Shown: positions 1-8,384, counted from the stretch's first letter. The stretch: 31,548 nucleotides of DNA from a virus (IMGVR_UViG_3300020045_003088:1-31548), one strand, 5' to 3'. Numbers and translations are program-made. Notes: generated by a model from the letters alone, not told the origin.

Positions 1-1
1 G

Positions 2-1783
2 CCATTGATCTTCTGGGGCAGCCCCACCAATCCAGCGGAGGGGTCGATTACCAACTATTTCCTTGAAGTTTTTAGCGTGATCGGGAATAGACAATCCGCC
101 TTTGACGTATTCTTCAAAGTGATAGAAACGCTTACTGTCCGGGTCTTGAGCAGTGAAAAGAGCCGCCATGTGAACACCGCCAAAGTCAACGCCCACGTAT
201 ATAGGCCACGAGTCGGGAATGGAGAATGTTGGCACTTTACAAAGAGCGAAATCAAATGCGTCGTAAATCATACCCGCTGGCTTGTCGTATTCGCCGTCGT
301 ACATCATTCTGAACTTCCAGAGCGGCATTGTTTTCATGGCTCGAAAGTATTCTTCGCGCGGGAACATTGGATTAGCAATTGAGCGGAATTGAATTACGTC
401 AATGTCATCAGATTCGCCATTTTTCCATTTGTCATAAATCTGTTGCTTCATCCACCCCCAGTTATAAATCGTGCTAGAACCCAATACTCTGCCTTGCGCG
501 AGAGTAAGCCGACGTTGTACCGCTTCCCACGCGGAAACGGTAAAAGAATCCTGCCCAACTTCGTCTAGCCAGGCTGCTTTAGCGGTTGCAGATTCGAGTG
601 AGTCGGCATTCTTCGCGGAGCAAAACATTACTCGCGCATACATCGGATCGTGAAATCGCTTTGCGCCTTTTCCGGTTTCGGGATCGAATATCTCTTACAC
701 CATATTTGCCGCCCACCATCTTCCCATTCCAAGCTGGGCGGGAACCACCTTAAGGAATTCGGGAAGTAGTTTTTTGTCCAGAAGTGGGAAAGTGGGGGCG
801 ACGACCAAATAATCTCCACTACCTTTTTCCTGTATCTCGCGCCATAACCACCAGACACCGTAGGAGGTATTATGAACAAAAACATCATCAGCAATAAAAT
901 TATGTCCATCCTCTACCGTCAAATCCATCACTTCTTCTCTACCAATATACTCAATTGACTTTATGCGATCCCAGAAAATATCAGAGTAGGCCCTATCTTG
1001 CTGTTCTCCAAAATGATCTGAGAGTAGTTTTGCGAACGGACGAGATACGTTTTCTTGACGACAAGCTCGAAGTAAGTTATACCCAATTTGATCTGAGTAT
1101 CCACGACTAGTACCAGATAATTTGCTGTTTGAAATAATCTCATAAAGACTATCAATATCAAAATCGGCCACAAGGTCTTTTGTGTTCTTTCTTGCACTCG
1201 ACTTTTCTCCAATAACTTTTTCTAGCTTATCCTGTTTCCCTAAAATACCGATATTGTCGGCAATAGAAATAATTCCATCCAAGTCCGAGCAAATAATTTC
1301 CCATGCGTCAAAATTCTTTTCTTCAAGATGTATTTGGCGATACCGCTTTCGGCACACTACCCCAAATCTGAGCAGGAGATGTCGAATATCATCAATCATT
1401 CCTTCGCTCGCCAAAGTAATACCAAATCCCTTGTGATAAACATAGGCATCGCATGCAAACAAAGCATTGAGAACAATAGCGACATATTTATTGCTTAGAG
1501 AAAATACAAATTCGGGTATTCGTTTATGTTTCGCCAAACATACCATTCTGTGTTTTCTTAGAATTTCCGTAACTGGATTAGAAGAATTTCCTCTGCCGCC
1601 GGATATTCTATAATCGTAAGTAATTATATGTTTTAGGGATACTCCATCTGGCAATGCATTTATCAAGTCACTCAATATAATTTCATCTGCGTTTGTAAAA
1701 ATAGGACTCGTATGAGTACACCCACCATCGCCAAGCATATATCCAATGATTTTTAATTCATTTTCGTCGTAGTTCTTAGTAAA
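2..1783 (-). pseudogene. terL: Terminase large subunit, intein-containing; 5'-truncated, one in-frame TAA at 695-697, runs off the window end
   Basis: Manual translation. After the intein: TSYGVWWLW...YLVVAPTF...NMV*EIFDPETG...LESATAKAAWLDEVGQ (Walker B)...GRVLGSST (motif III-like)...NPMFP...YVGVDFGG (RNase H-like nuclease Asp). The frame is open from 694 to base 2. Confidence 0.8.
869..1783 (-). mobile_element. Intein with LAGLIDADG homing endonuclease (N-terminal splicing region missing)
   Basis: Block C IIGYMLGDGG, block E LNALFACDAY, block H LLLRFGV, block F EVMDLTVEDGHNFIA, block G VFVHN followed by Thr (codon 868-866). The upstream frame is closed by TGA at 1786-1784. Confidence 0.9.
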
Positions 1784-1791
1784 TCATTTGT

Positions 1792-2094
1792 TCAATTTAG
1801 AACGTTAAATGGCTTTGGTAGTATTCCATACGAATCAAGATGAGTGTAGTACTTTACCAATATAGTGATAGAGTTAGAATTTACACGACTAAGTTCAGTA
1901 CTATGAAGTATAACACCTTCTTTATTCAATCCGATAGCCTCTATGATGGAGTTGACCAGATGCTCGTTTACTCCTTTCGGTTTAACCTCAGTCTTTAACT
2001 TGGGCTTTTTCACAAATACACCATCTTCAATCCATTTGTCATTCCCTTCAGCATCCACGATAACACTGTAGATTTTAACTTCGTTATCTTTCAT
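1792..2094 (-). CDS. Hypothetical protein
   Basis: 100-aa ORF with AAGGAG RBS; ATGA overlap with the upstream ORF. Confidence 0.7.
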   Translation of the reverse strand: MKDNEVKIYSVIVDAEGNDKWIEDGVFVKKPKLKTEVKPKGVNEHLVNSIIEAIGLNKEGVILHSTELSRVNSNSITILVKYYTHLDSYGILPKPFNVLN

Positions 2095-2258
2095 TTAATC
2101 TCCTTTGATGAATTTAAAGCATCAGCTACAATCTGCGCTTTTTCCTTTGTATAGAAAGTTTCAAATTTCTCTCCGTTTGTATCTACAATTTTATATGGAT
2201 TACAACAGCAGGTTTCTGGATGACAGTTGCAATAGTTTCTTTCTACAGTGTATAACAT
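2091..2258 (-). CDS. Small Cys-rich protein (55 aa, CNCHPETCCC motif)
   Basis: Manual translation MLYTVERNYCNCHPETCCCNPYKIVDTNGEKFETFYTKEKAQIVADALNSSKEIK; AAGGAG RBS; fills the gap and is translationally coupled to the next ORF. Below the track cutoff. Confidence 0.75.
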   Translation of the reverse strand: MLYTVERNYCNCHPETCCCNPYKIVDTNGEKFETFYTKEKAQIVADALNSSKEIK

Positions 2259-2259
2259 A

Positions 2260-2457
2260 TTAATCTCCTTTGATTACTGCGTATACAACGCGGGATATAG
2301 CTAGCACTGCAAACAAACATATTGTGTAAAAACTAGGAATAGCCGAAACTATAAAACCCAGAAAAATCATACTTATAAAGCAAAGTATAACTATACTTAC
2401 AATTAAGCTAACACTTCCATTTCTGTCACTGACTTTAAATGGGTTATAGAACTTCAT
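2260..2457 (-). CDS. Small two-TM membrane protein
   Basis: Two hydrophobic stretches; GGAG RBS; paralog of 2459-2644. Confidence 0.7.
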   Translation of the reverse strand: MKFYNPFKVSDRNGSVSLIVSIVILCFISMIFLGFIVSAIPSFYTICLFAVLAISRVVYAVIKGD

Positions 2458-2458
2458 A

Positions 2459-2644
2459 TTATCTCCCTGTTAATACGTTATAGATAATCCTGAGTACAGC
2501 GGCAGCTACAAAAGCCACTGCACCTATAGGCGGGTATAGAAGTGTAATGTAGATTAAACCTGCCAGTACACAAAGAAGAACTATCACTACAGAGAGGAAT
2601 AGGCTAATATCTGGTTCTTTACTGAATGGATTATGCAGTTTCAT
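2459..2644 (-). CDS. Small two-TM membrane protein
   Basis: Two hydrophobic stretches; AAGGA RBS; MKLHNPF start resembles the neighbour's MKFYNPF. Confidence 0.7.
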   Translation of the reverse strand: MKLHNPFSKEPDISLFLSVVIVLLCVLAGLIYITLLYPPIGAVAFVAAAVLRIIYNVLTGR

Positions 2645-2653
2645 TTGTTTCCT

Positions 2654-2845
2654 TTACTCGTTGTCGTTAACTTCAGAACAGTCAAAATTATATACGAAAT
2701 TTGTCGTATTAAACATACCACCCACCCGAACCCAGTAAGAATATCCGTTTGGTTCCTTCAGTACACGCAGAACCTCAAATATCTCCCCGATACGGTCATG
2801 ATACCACAATAAACTATCACTGCACTTGTTTACGCGAATCCTCAT
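2654..2845 (-). CDS. Hypothetical protein
   Basis: 63 aa with a strong AGGAGG RBS. Confidence 0.7.
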   Translation of the reverse strand: MRIRVNKCSDSLLWYHDRIGEIFEVLRVLKEPNGYSYWVRVGGMFNTTNFVYNFDCSEVNDNE

Positions 2846-2867
2846 TTAAACCTCCTTTTGGTCGTAG

Positions 2868-2893
2868 AAAAACCCTCCGTATTAGGGAGGGTT
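2868..2893 (-). terminator. Rho-independent terminator
   Basis: Stem AACCCTCC (2871-2878)/GGAGGGTT (2886-2893) with a T-run on the - strand, just downstream of the exonuclease. Confidence 0.7.
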
Positions 2894-2902
2894 GTACTTC
2901 AA

Positions 2903-3844
2903 TTAGCTAGCAGCCTTTGGAGCCGCCATTAGACTTGCACGTTTCTCTTTACTGAGCTTGTTCGTCTTAGTGCGTTGTAGCGATCCACATTCACCGCACT
3001 GTACTTCACTGAATGCACCTGTTGGTGTAGTCACAGTCCTACCAGTGTAACTCAATTTGTCCGATCCGCATGACTTACAACGTGGAGTATTATCCTCGTA
3101 GTAATTAGCAAAGTTCACGCCACTGACCAGTCCACGCCCACGAAGCTCCATAAATACATCGTATAGTAAATCAACATCACCCTCACAGTATTCAATCATG
3201 TCGCTAAGGGCTTTCTCGTCACCTTCTTGGACGTTGACCCAAAGAGAGATACCTGAGTGTGTAACCTTGCGTCCAATGTTAAGATAAGCTGCCAATGAAT
3301 CCAGTTTATTGCTAGGAAATCGGAACTTCTTACGTGCAATGTCCAAGGTGTCAATCAGTTGCACAGTAGGCAATGGAGGTAGACCGTTAGCTAAACAGCG
3401 TACTTCCAGCATCTTGAAGTCGAAACCTTTTAAATTATGTGCTACGACGATATCAGCTTGGTGAAACAAGTCCCACATTGCAAGACATACAGCGTAGTCA
3501 CTGTGGGCTTTTACTTCAGCTTTATTGTAGAGAACAGTCGATTTCTTCTCGTTCATCCAACGGTAGCCAGAGCAAAGGAGTTTGCCGCCTTCAATCTTTA
3601 TGGAGTCTTGATTCAGATATTGCTTATGACGCCCGAAGCAGTACACAAGTGCAGCGCTTGTTTCCAAGTCAAAGAAGAGTACCTTCGGTCCCTCCTGTGT
3701 TTGAACTTGCGTTTTCATGTGCCGATTAAACACGTAGTTCACACTGGACTTTGATACACAAAGAAGATTTGCGATATAACGGGATTTACACCCTGCTTTT
3801 TTAAGTTCAATGATTTTGTTAGTGATGACTTCAGAATGTTTCAT
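2903..3844 (-). CDS. DEDD/RNase H-like 3'-5' exonuclease with N-terminal HTH and C-terminal Zn ribbon
   Basis: ExoI FFDLETS, ExoII AHNLKGFDF, ExoIII YCEGDV; CKSC...CGEC. Start moved to the ATG at 3844 (AAGGA RBS), which removes the overlap with the upstream gene. Confidence 0.8.
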   Translation of the reverse strand: MKHSEVITNKIIELKKAGCKSRYIANLLCVSKSSVNYVFNRHMKTQVQTQEGPKVLFFDLETSAALVYCFGRHKQYLNQDSIKIEGGKLLCSGYRWMNEKKSTVLYNKAEVKAHSDYAVCLAMWDLFHQADIVVAHNLKGFDFKMLEVRCLANGLPPLPTVQLIDTLDIARKKFRFPSNKLDSLAAYLNIGRKVTHSGISLWVNVQEGDEKALSDMIEYCEGDVDLLYDVFMELRGRGLVSGVNFANYYEDNTPRCKSCGSDKLSYTGRTVTTPTGAFSEVQCGECGSLQRTKTNKLSKEKRASLMAAPKAAS

Positions 3845-3857
3845 TAGTTCCTTTGTG

Positions 3858-4589
3858 TTAGTAAATAAATTCTTCGATGTCTGAAAGGTCAATTGGATTC
3901 TTGATTCGGACACCTTCCTTGCTGTTCTTAAAGTCAGCCGGTACTTCTACAGTGTATGCTTTTTTCTGTGGAGTAACTTTAGGTACTGCGTTAATTTTAA
4001 CCTTTGGAATTGGGTTATTACGCTTTTCTAGTTCTTCTACAATCTCCCCAATACGGTCGATTTCATGCACAACTGAATGCTTTAGAATCTTGCTACCGAT
4101 AGTTGACATAGAGTAAAGTGCGTACTTTAGACTGTTAACATACGACTCATCTAAATCAAATTCAGCACGAAGATCATCAATGTCCTCTTGGTCACGTTCA
4201 TCTTTGGCTTGTAACTTCCGTAGCATACTATAGAAAATAGCCTGTGCTTGATCTGGTACAACCCAGTAAGGACGAATCAACGTACCATCTTCGGATTTAA
4301 TCTTAGTACGAATACGTCGAGTGTTCTTCTCATGTTCCTCTACTTGTTCTTTTGAGAAATCGTGCGGATAAATCTTGCGTGCTTCGTAACTAATATCTCC
4401 AGATGTAATACCTGTTTTTGATTTAGCCTTGACCACAAGTTTCTTCACTGTTGCATCTTCCATAACGTGTTTGGTTACTCCTTTAAGATTCAGCTTACAC
4501 CAAGCTACAGAGCAGCCTAGTTCTTTTGAAATTTCATCGTAAGTCATTCCTAGTTCACGTAATTCCTTTGCTTTTGTTCTATCAATCAT
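3858..4589 (-). CDS. HTH DNA-binding protein
   Basis: N-terminal AKELRELGMTYDEISKELGCSVAWC HTH; AAGGAG RBS; has its own promoter. Confidence 0.65.
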   Translation of the reverse strand: MIDRTKAKELRELGMTYDEISKELGCSVAWCKLNLKGVTKHVMEDATVKKLVVKAKSKTGITSGDISYEARKIYPHDFSKEQVEEHEKNTRRIRTKIKSEDGTLIRPYWVVPDQAQAIFYSMLRKLQAKDERDQEDIDDLRAEFDLDESYVNSLKYALYSMSTIGSKILKHSVVHEIDRIGEIVEELEKRNNPIPKVKINAVPKVTPQKKAYTVEVPADFKNSKEGVRIKNPIDLSDIEEFIY

Positions 4590-4615
4590 TTATCTCCTTA
4601 GTTGGTTAGAACTCT

Positions 4616-4624
4616 ATTGTAACA
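4616..4624 (-). promoter_or_regulatory. Extended -10 promoter (TGtTACAAT)
   Basis: Intergenic motif about 27 nt upstream of the HTH gene start. Confidence 0.5.
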
Positions 4625-4726
4625 CAAATAAGTATAAAATACTAGACTATTCATACCTTCCATAAATTATACTAAAGCGGAGATAGTTTTACTAAGTATA
4701 GTAAGTAGTATAAATACACAATAGGT

Positions 4727-5236
4727 CTATCTGAACTTCTTTATAGTTCCAAGAATTTTATTATAACCCAGTTCTTTGTTCAAGATAGCTTTACTGAACA
4801 ATTTCTTCCGTTCAGCTTGATTCTTCCCTGCTGTTTGTCCTAGTTCTACTAAAACCTTGTCTTTGTTACCTTCTGAGAGTTTGTTGAACTCTACCTTAAC
4901 TTTTGCCATCCATCCATTGTGCCTAAAACGCTTATCTTCAGGTTCTTCTAGGTAGATAGCAACTTGTCTAAGAAAGTCCGAGTAAGTACCGTTGAACCAG
5001 TATTTTACATATCGTACGTACAAGTTCTCTATAGCACCTAGTGCTACATTTTCCTTAGAATTTATTACCGCACGTACAAACTGCGCAATGTCATGTTTAT
5101 GATCCAAGCATGGTTCAACCAGAGGTAATCCTGTTAGTTTGCTTAATCCGTTTTGTTCCTTGGTTAGAAGTAAACGTACAGCCGCGATATCTTTTGCTGT
5201 GTAAAGATCAGTTGTTTCAATTTTTGGCTTAGTCAT
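4727..5236 (-). CDS. Endonuclease VII-like Holliday junction resolvase
   Basis: QNG...LDHKH...VRAVI...N..LG pattern matches T4 EndoVII (LDHDH...VRGLLC..CN). The Zn-binding Cys residues are absent. Confidence 0.7.
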   Translation of the reverse strand: MTKPKIETTDLYTAKDIAAVRLLLTKEQNGLSKLTGLPLVEPCLDHKHDIAQFVRAVINSKENVALGAIENLYVRYVKYWFNGTYSDFLRQVAIYLEEPEDKRFRHNGWMAKVKVEFNKLSEGNKDKVLVELGQTAGKNQAERKKLFSKAILNKELGYNKILGTIKKFR

Positions 5237-5468
5237 CAGTCAATCCGAAATGCTTAAGTATTACTTCAACTGGAGGATACCCGGAACCATTAGGTGCATC
5301 ATACTGGTAGACATTATCCATAAAATTAGAGCATTCCCTGATGATTAACTCAGTGAACTTCTCTCGTTTTCTTTGACTTAATCTTCCATCATTGTATAGA
5401 CCATTAGAATTGTCTACAGCATATTCCCATGCTTGATTATCTAGTTTTTCAATCAAATCTTCATTCAT
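5229..5468 (-). CDS. Hypothetical protein
   Basis: 79 aa, coupled to both neighbours; KFTELIIREC motif typical of small phage proteins. Confidence 0.7.
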   Translation of the reverse strand: MNEDLIEKLDNQAWEYAVDNSNGLYNDGRLSQRKREKFTELIIRECSNFMDNVYQYDAPNGSGYPPVEVILKHFGLTDD

Positions 5469-5671
5469 TAGATATCCTCCATTTCACTCAATGTATAACT
5501 CACAGGTTTAGTCCAAGGTGTGCGTCCATTTAAACTCTTGGATTTACGTTTAGCATCTCCTGCACGACTGTACCACTGTGATACACGCTCCCCCTCTTTC
5601 CATGCTAGTGCTTCGTGAAGTTCCATTCCTGAATCAGTGGTTACTACACAATATACTTTAGTCAGTTCCAT
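5468..5671 (-). CDS. Hypothetical protein
   Basis: Start moved to MELTKVY (ATG at 5671, AAAGG RBS). Confidence 0.55.
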   Translation of the reverse strand: MELTKVYCVVTTDSGMELHEALAWKEGERVSQWYSRAGDAKRKSKSLNGRTPWTKPVSYTLSEMEDI

Positions 5672-5876
5672 AATTATTAACCTTTCTTTCTTTGTCTTCA
5701 TAATCCTCATACCCTTCATCCTCTCGGTAATCTCCCCAAGATGTACAGTCACAGCAACACTCACTTGGTTCGTGAGCAAAGCACAGACAGATTTCCTCGG
5801 GTACTTTACTACCGTCTTCGTTCCGGTAATACCTTCGGTTTGAATCGTCGTAATGCCAGCCGTTCTTGATGCTCAT
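5658..5876 (-). CDS. Small Cys-rich protein (CLC...ECCCDC)
   Basis: 72 aa; AAGGA RBS. Confidence 0.65.
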   Translation of the reverse strand: MSIKNGWHYDDSNRRYYRNEDGSKVPEEICLCFAHEPSECCCDCTSWGDYREDEGYEDYEDKERKVNNYGTD

Positions 5877-5885
5877 TTAGTCCTT

Positions 5886-6095
5886 TCATTTAATACTCTC
5901 AATAAACGCCAGCCTTAACTCGTATATCTCTTCGGCTGCCTCTTCCATTAACTCAGCGATACGATCTGGTCTACCTTGGATTACTGATTTACGGGTAGGA
6001 ATAGACCTGCGTATCTCTGCGCGTTTGAGTAGACGGTAAACAATGTCTGATTCGGCTAGTGAATCTTTGATTTGTTGAAGGTTTGTTGTGTTCAT
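5886..6095 (-). CDS. Hypothetical phage protein
   Basis: 69 aa; ATGA overlap with the exonuclease. Confidence 0.65.
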   Translation of the reverse strand: MNTTNLQQIKDSLAESDIVYRLLKRAEIRRSIPTRKSVIQGRPDRIAELMEEAAEEIYELRLAFIESIK

Positions 6096-7066
6096 TGTAA
6101 TTCTACCCCGTATTTACTAAAGAATTCCGAGACATTTAATTTATCGTTTTTAGTCTCTTTCATTCGCACACAAGAGTGGTAAAGTTGCATCATACCTAGC
6201 CAGTTGGAATCTGTAATATTACCGTGACAATCCGTGTACGTGAAGTCTGAACTGTACCACACCTTGTACTGCTTCTGTACCACACCGAGAATCTCTTGTT
6301 CTGTCTTACAGTCCTTCAATAGTTTGTAAGCTGATTTCTCACCGAACTTAACACCGCAAATTTCAGTCGGACGATAAGAATCTACAATGTCCCCCACGCA
6401 CATTTGCAGACCGTATTGCATCATACCATTAGCACGTACTTTGTTCTTATCATCAATGAAGATTTCACCCAAAGCTGGAATCTCATTTATACCCTCTTGT
6501 GGTTTATCTGGATTAAACAGAAACAGTCCGCTGTAGGCTTTAGCATCCTTATCTGAGGCTACCAGTACTGGTTTGTTACCTTTGGTTAATTCCTCGTAAC
6601 CCATCCACACTTGCATATCATCACATTCCTCCATATCGCTCTGTAGTGCGTTGAATTGCTTCTTGGCATACTGCCGTAGCTCTTTGAGTAACAATGGTCT
6701 AATAGTACTTCTGGTGCCTTTGTAAGGGCTGGGCAGTGGTAGGTCATTTCTGAAGTTCTTAGGACCAGATAACATATATACAGTATGGTCAGGCCAAATG
6801 TAATCAAGAGCACCTTCCACTTGTGACTTCAAGAGTTTAATTGCGTGAGACAGTGGTTCAGCCTCTTGTTGATCCTTGATTTCGTACTGTTCAATAAGTT
6901 GAAGTTTATCCTTTGATTTAAGCAGTTCCTTGAACTCGGTTCTGTTCTTAAATACTTTTGTAGCACCTGTTGGTGTATGGGTTACTTCAATAGTACGTTG
7001 CTCACAAGCTGCTGATGCTTTGTAGATAGGTGTATCTAGGTCGAATAGTGCTATTGTTTTTGACAT
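6092..7066 (-). CDS. 5'-3' exonuclease (T7 gp6/FEN-like)
   Basis: Acidic motifs DLDT, NFR...YKG, ECDD, SDKD and GDIVD, plus a helix-hairpin GVKFGEKSA. Confidence 0.85.
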   Translation of the reverse strand: MSKTIALFDLDTPIYKASAACEQRTIEVTHTPTGATKVFKNRTEFKELLKSKDKLQLIEQYEIKDQQEAEPLSHAIKLLKSQVEGALDYIWPDHTVYMLSGPKNFRNDLPLPSPYKGTRSTIRPLLLKELRQYAKKQFNALQSDMEECDDMQVWMGYEELTKGNKPVLVASDKDAKAYSGLFLFNPDKPQEGINEIPALGEIFIDDKNKVRANGMMQYGLQMCVGDIVDSYRPTEICGVKFGEKSAYKLLKDCKTEQEILGVVQKQYKVWYSSDFTYTDCHGNITDSNWLGMMQLYHSCVRMKETKNDKLNVSEFFSKYGVELQ

Positions 7067-7083
7067 CTGTCTTCCCTTTATTG

Positions 7084-7656
7084 TTAGTTTCCATGACGTT
7101 CAGTGTAGTTCGCACCTTCTATAGTAAGTCTGAGTATCTGCTGTTCACGGTAGGTAGTTGCCAGCGCTCTTGCTTCCGACTCTCCAAGTTTAAGTATAGA
7201 AAAGTACTTACTCTTTGCTTTACCGTCCAGATCAACCCAAGTTGCCACGTAATACTGCTGCGGGTTCTTATTAGTTGTTACTCGACTAACTCCAGTTACC
7301 CCTGTAGTATTGGTTTTACGTAATCTCTGGTTTCTTAGATTATCGGCAGGTGTCTTTAGTTGCAAGTTGCCGATTTTATTGTTGAATGGGTCACCATCAA
7401 GATGATCTATCACCAGATCAGGACTTATACTCCCGTAGGTCAAAACCCAAATTATCCTATGGATTTGATAAGTTTTATCTTTAAATTGCAAACGCCATGA
7501 GTCTTTTTCACCATTCTCGTCAAACTTACGGTAGCCGACAACATAACCTTCTATGTCTTTACCTACTTTATTCCTGATTCGCACAAGCCCACTTTGGCTT
7601 AAAACATCTAGTTTAAAGTATTCACCCCAGTCTTTATTATAATCTAATTTCTGCAC
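7084..7656 (-). CDS. Free-standing HNH homing endonuclease with AP2-like C-terminal domain
   Basis: IHRIIW...IDHLDGDPFNNKIGNL...N; NTTGVTGV...YYVATW...KYFSILKLG. Confidence 0.9.
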   Translation of the reverse strand: MQKLDYNKDWGEYFKLDVLSQSGLVRIRNKVGKDIEGYVVGYRKFDENGEKDSWRLQFKDKTYQIHRIIWVLTYGSISPDLVIDHLDGDPFNNKIGNLQLKTPADNLRNQRLRKTNTTGVTGVSRVTTNKNPQQYYVATWVDLDGKAKSKYFSILKLGESEARALATTYREQQILRLTIEGANYTERHGN

Positions 7657-7680
7657 TATGTTACATTCCTTCTAAATAGG

Positions 7681-7703
7681 AAAACCCCGGTAAACGGGGT
7701 TTT
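7681..7703. terminator. Rho-independent terminator (potentially bidirectional)
   Basis: AAAACCCCG-gtaaa-CGGGGTTTT. Confidence 0.75.
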
Positions 7704-7712
7704 ATAATCCAA

Positions 7713-7934
7713 TTAACTGCGGGCCAACTCTACAGCGTCGATAATATCGTTGGATTTAGCCAAGAGTGACTCGACATCATTTTTAACGATAGCCTTCGCT
7801 ACTGCACTAAGAATCGCTGGATCAAACCCTGCTTCCTTGATTGAATCTTTGATGTCTTTCACTTCTTCATTGATGGATTCAATGTGAGTAAAGTGCTTGA
7901 CTAACTGAGCGATGAATTCTTTCTGACTTGACAT
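7713..7934 (-). CDS. GapR/DUF2312- or T4 DsbA-like dsDNA-binding protein
   Basis: IESINEEVKDIKDSIKEAGFDPAILSAV helical pattern. Confidence 0.55.
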   Translation of the reverse strand: MSSQKEFIAQLVKHFTHIESINEEVKDIKDSIKEAGFDPAILSAVAKAIVKNDVESLLAKSNDIIDAVELARS

Positions 7935-7957
7935 GTGTATTCCTTTAGAGTTAATGA

Positions 7958-8128
7958 TTAATGCATTGCTGATCGAAGAAGTGCCATAAAATGCACAGCA
8001 CGATCTTGGCTTACTTCTGTGATATCAGCACAAGCTGTATCTTCCGGTGTCTGGTAGTTCTCTGGGTTAACGCGAAAGTCATCTTCCCATTTCTGGAATG
8101 CTACCATGAAATCTTGGAGGGTGAACAT
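7958..8128 (-). CDS. Hypothetical protein (56 aa)
   Basis: Manual translation MFTLQDFMVAFQKWEDDFRVNPENYQ...; AAGGA RBS; fills the gap. Confidence 0.6.
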   Translation of the reverse strand: MFTLQDFMVAFQKWEDDFRVNPENYQTPEDTACADITEVSQDRAVHFMALLRSAMH

Positions 8129-8143
8129 GAGCTAGTTCCTTTC

Positions 8144-8329
8144 TTACTTGAACTTAAGTTTGCTGCCAGCAACTAACATTGATAGCCATAAAATAGCCAG
8201 CCAGTTCCAGATGGTAATTCCGATAGTCAATCCGAATACTGCGTTGAGTGAAATGATGGTCAAGACTGGGCCGATACCAATGAGGATAATGGCGAGAAGA
8301 ATGAGAGCGATAATTCCGAATGTTTTCAT
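8144..8329 (-). CDS. Small membrane protein
   Basis: 61 aa, almost entirely hydrophobic; AAGGA RBS. Confidence 0.7.
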   Translation of the reverse strand: MKTFGIIALILLAIILIGIGPVLTIISLNAVFGLTIGITIWNWLAILWLSMLVAGSKLKFK

Positions 8330-8384
8330 GTGTTTCCTTTAAGGTAATGTGAATTAATTATAAACGATTTGAGCAGTTATTTCT

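Noticed and set aside
695-697. Genome-wide stop-codon reassignment explaining the terminase TAA
   Set aside because: TAA, TGA and TAG all terminate full-length genes in the main arm (e.g. polB TAA, ligase TGA, SSB TAG), and only one in-frame stop is seen. Cannot be fully excluded for the left fragment if it comes from another genome.
628-909. Programmed frameshift from the terminase into the 628-909 frame to bypass the TAA
   Set aside because: Terminase-like sequence continues in the original frame right after the stop. The alternative frame closes at 628 and has no terminase motifs.
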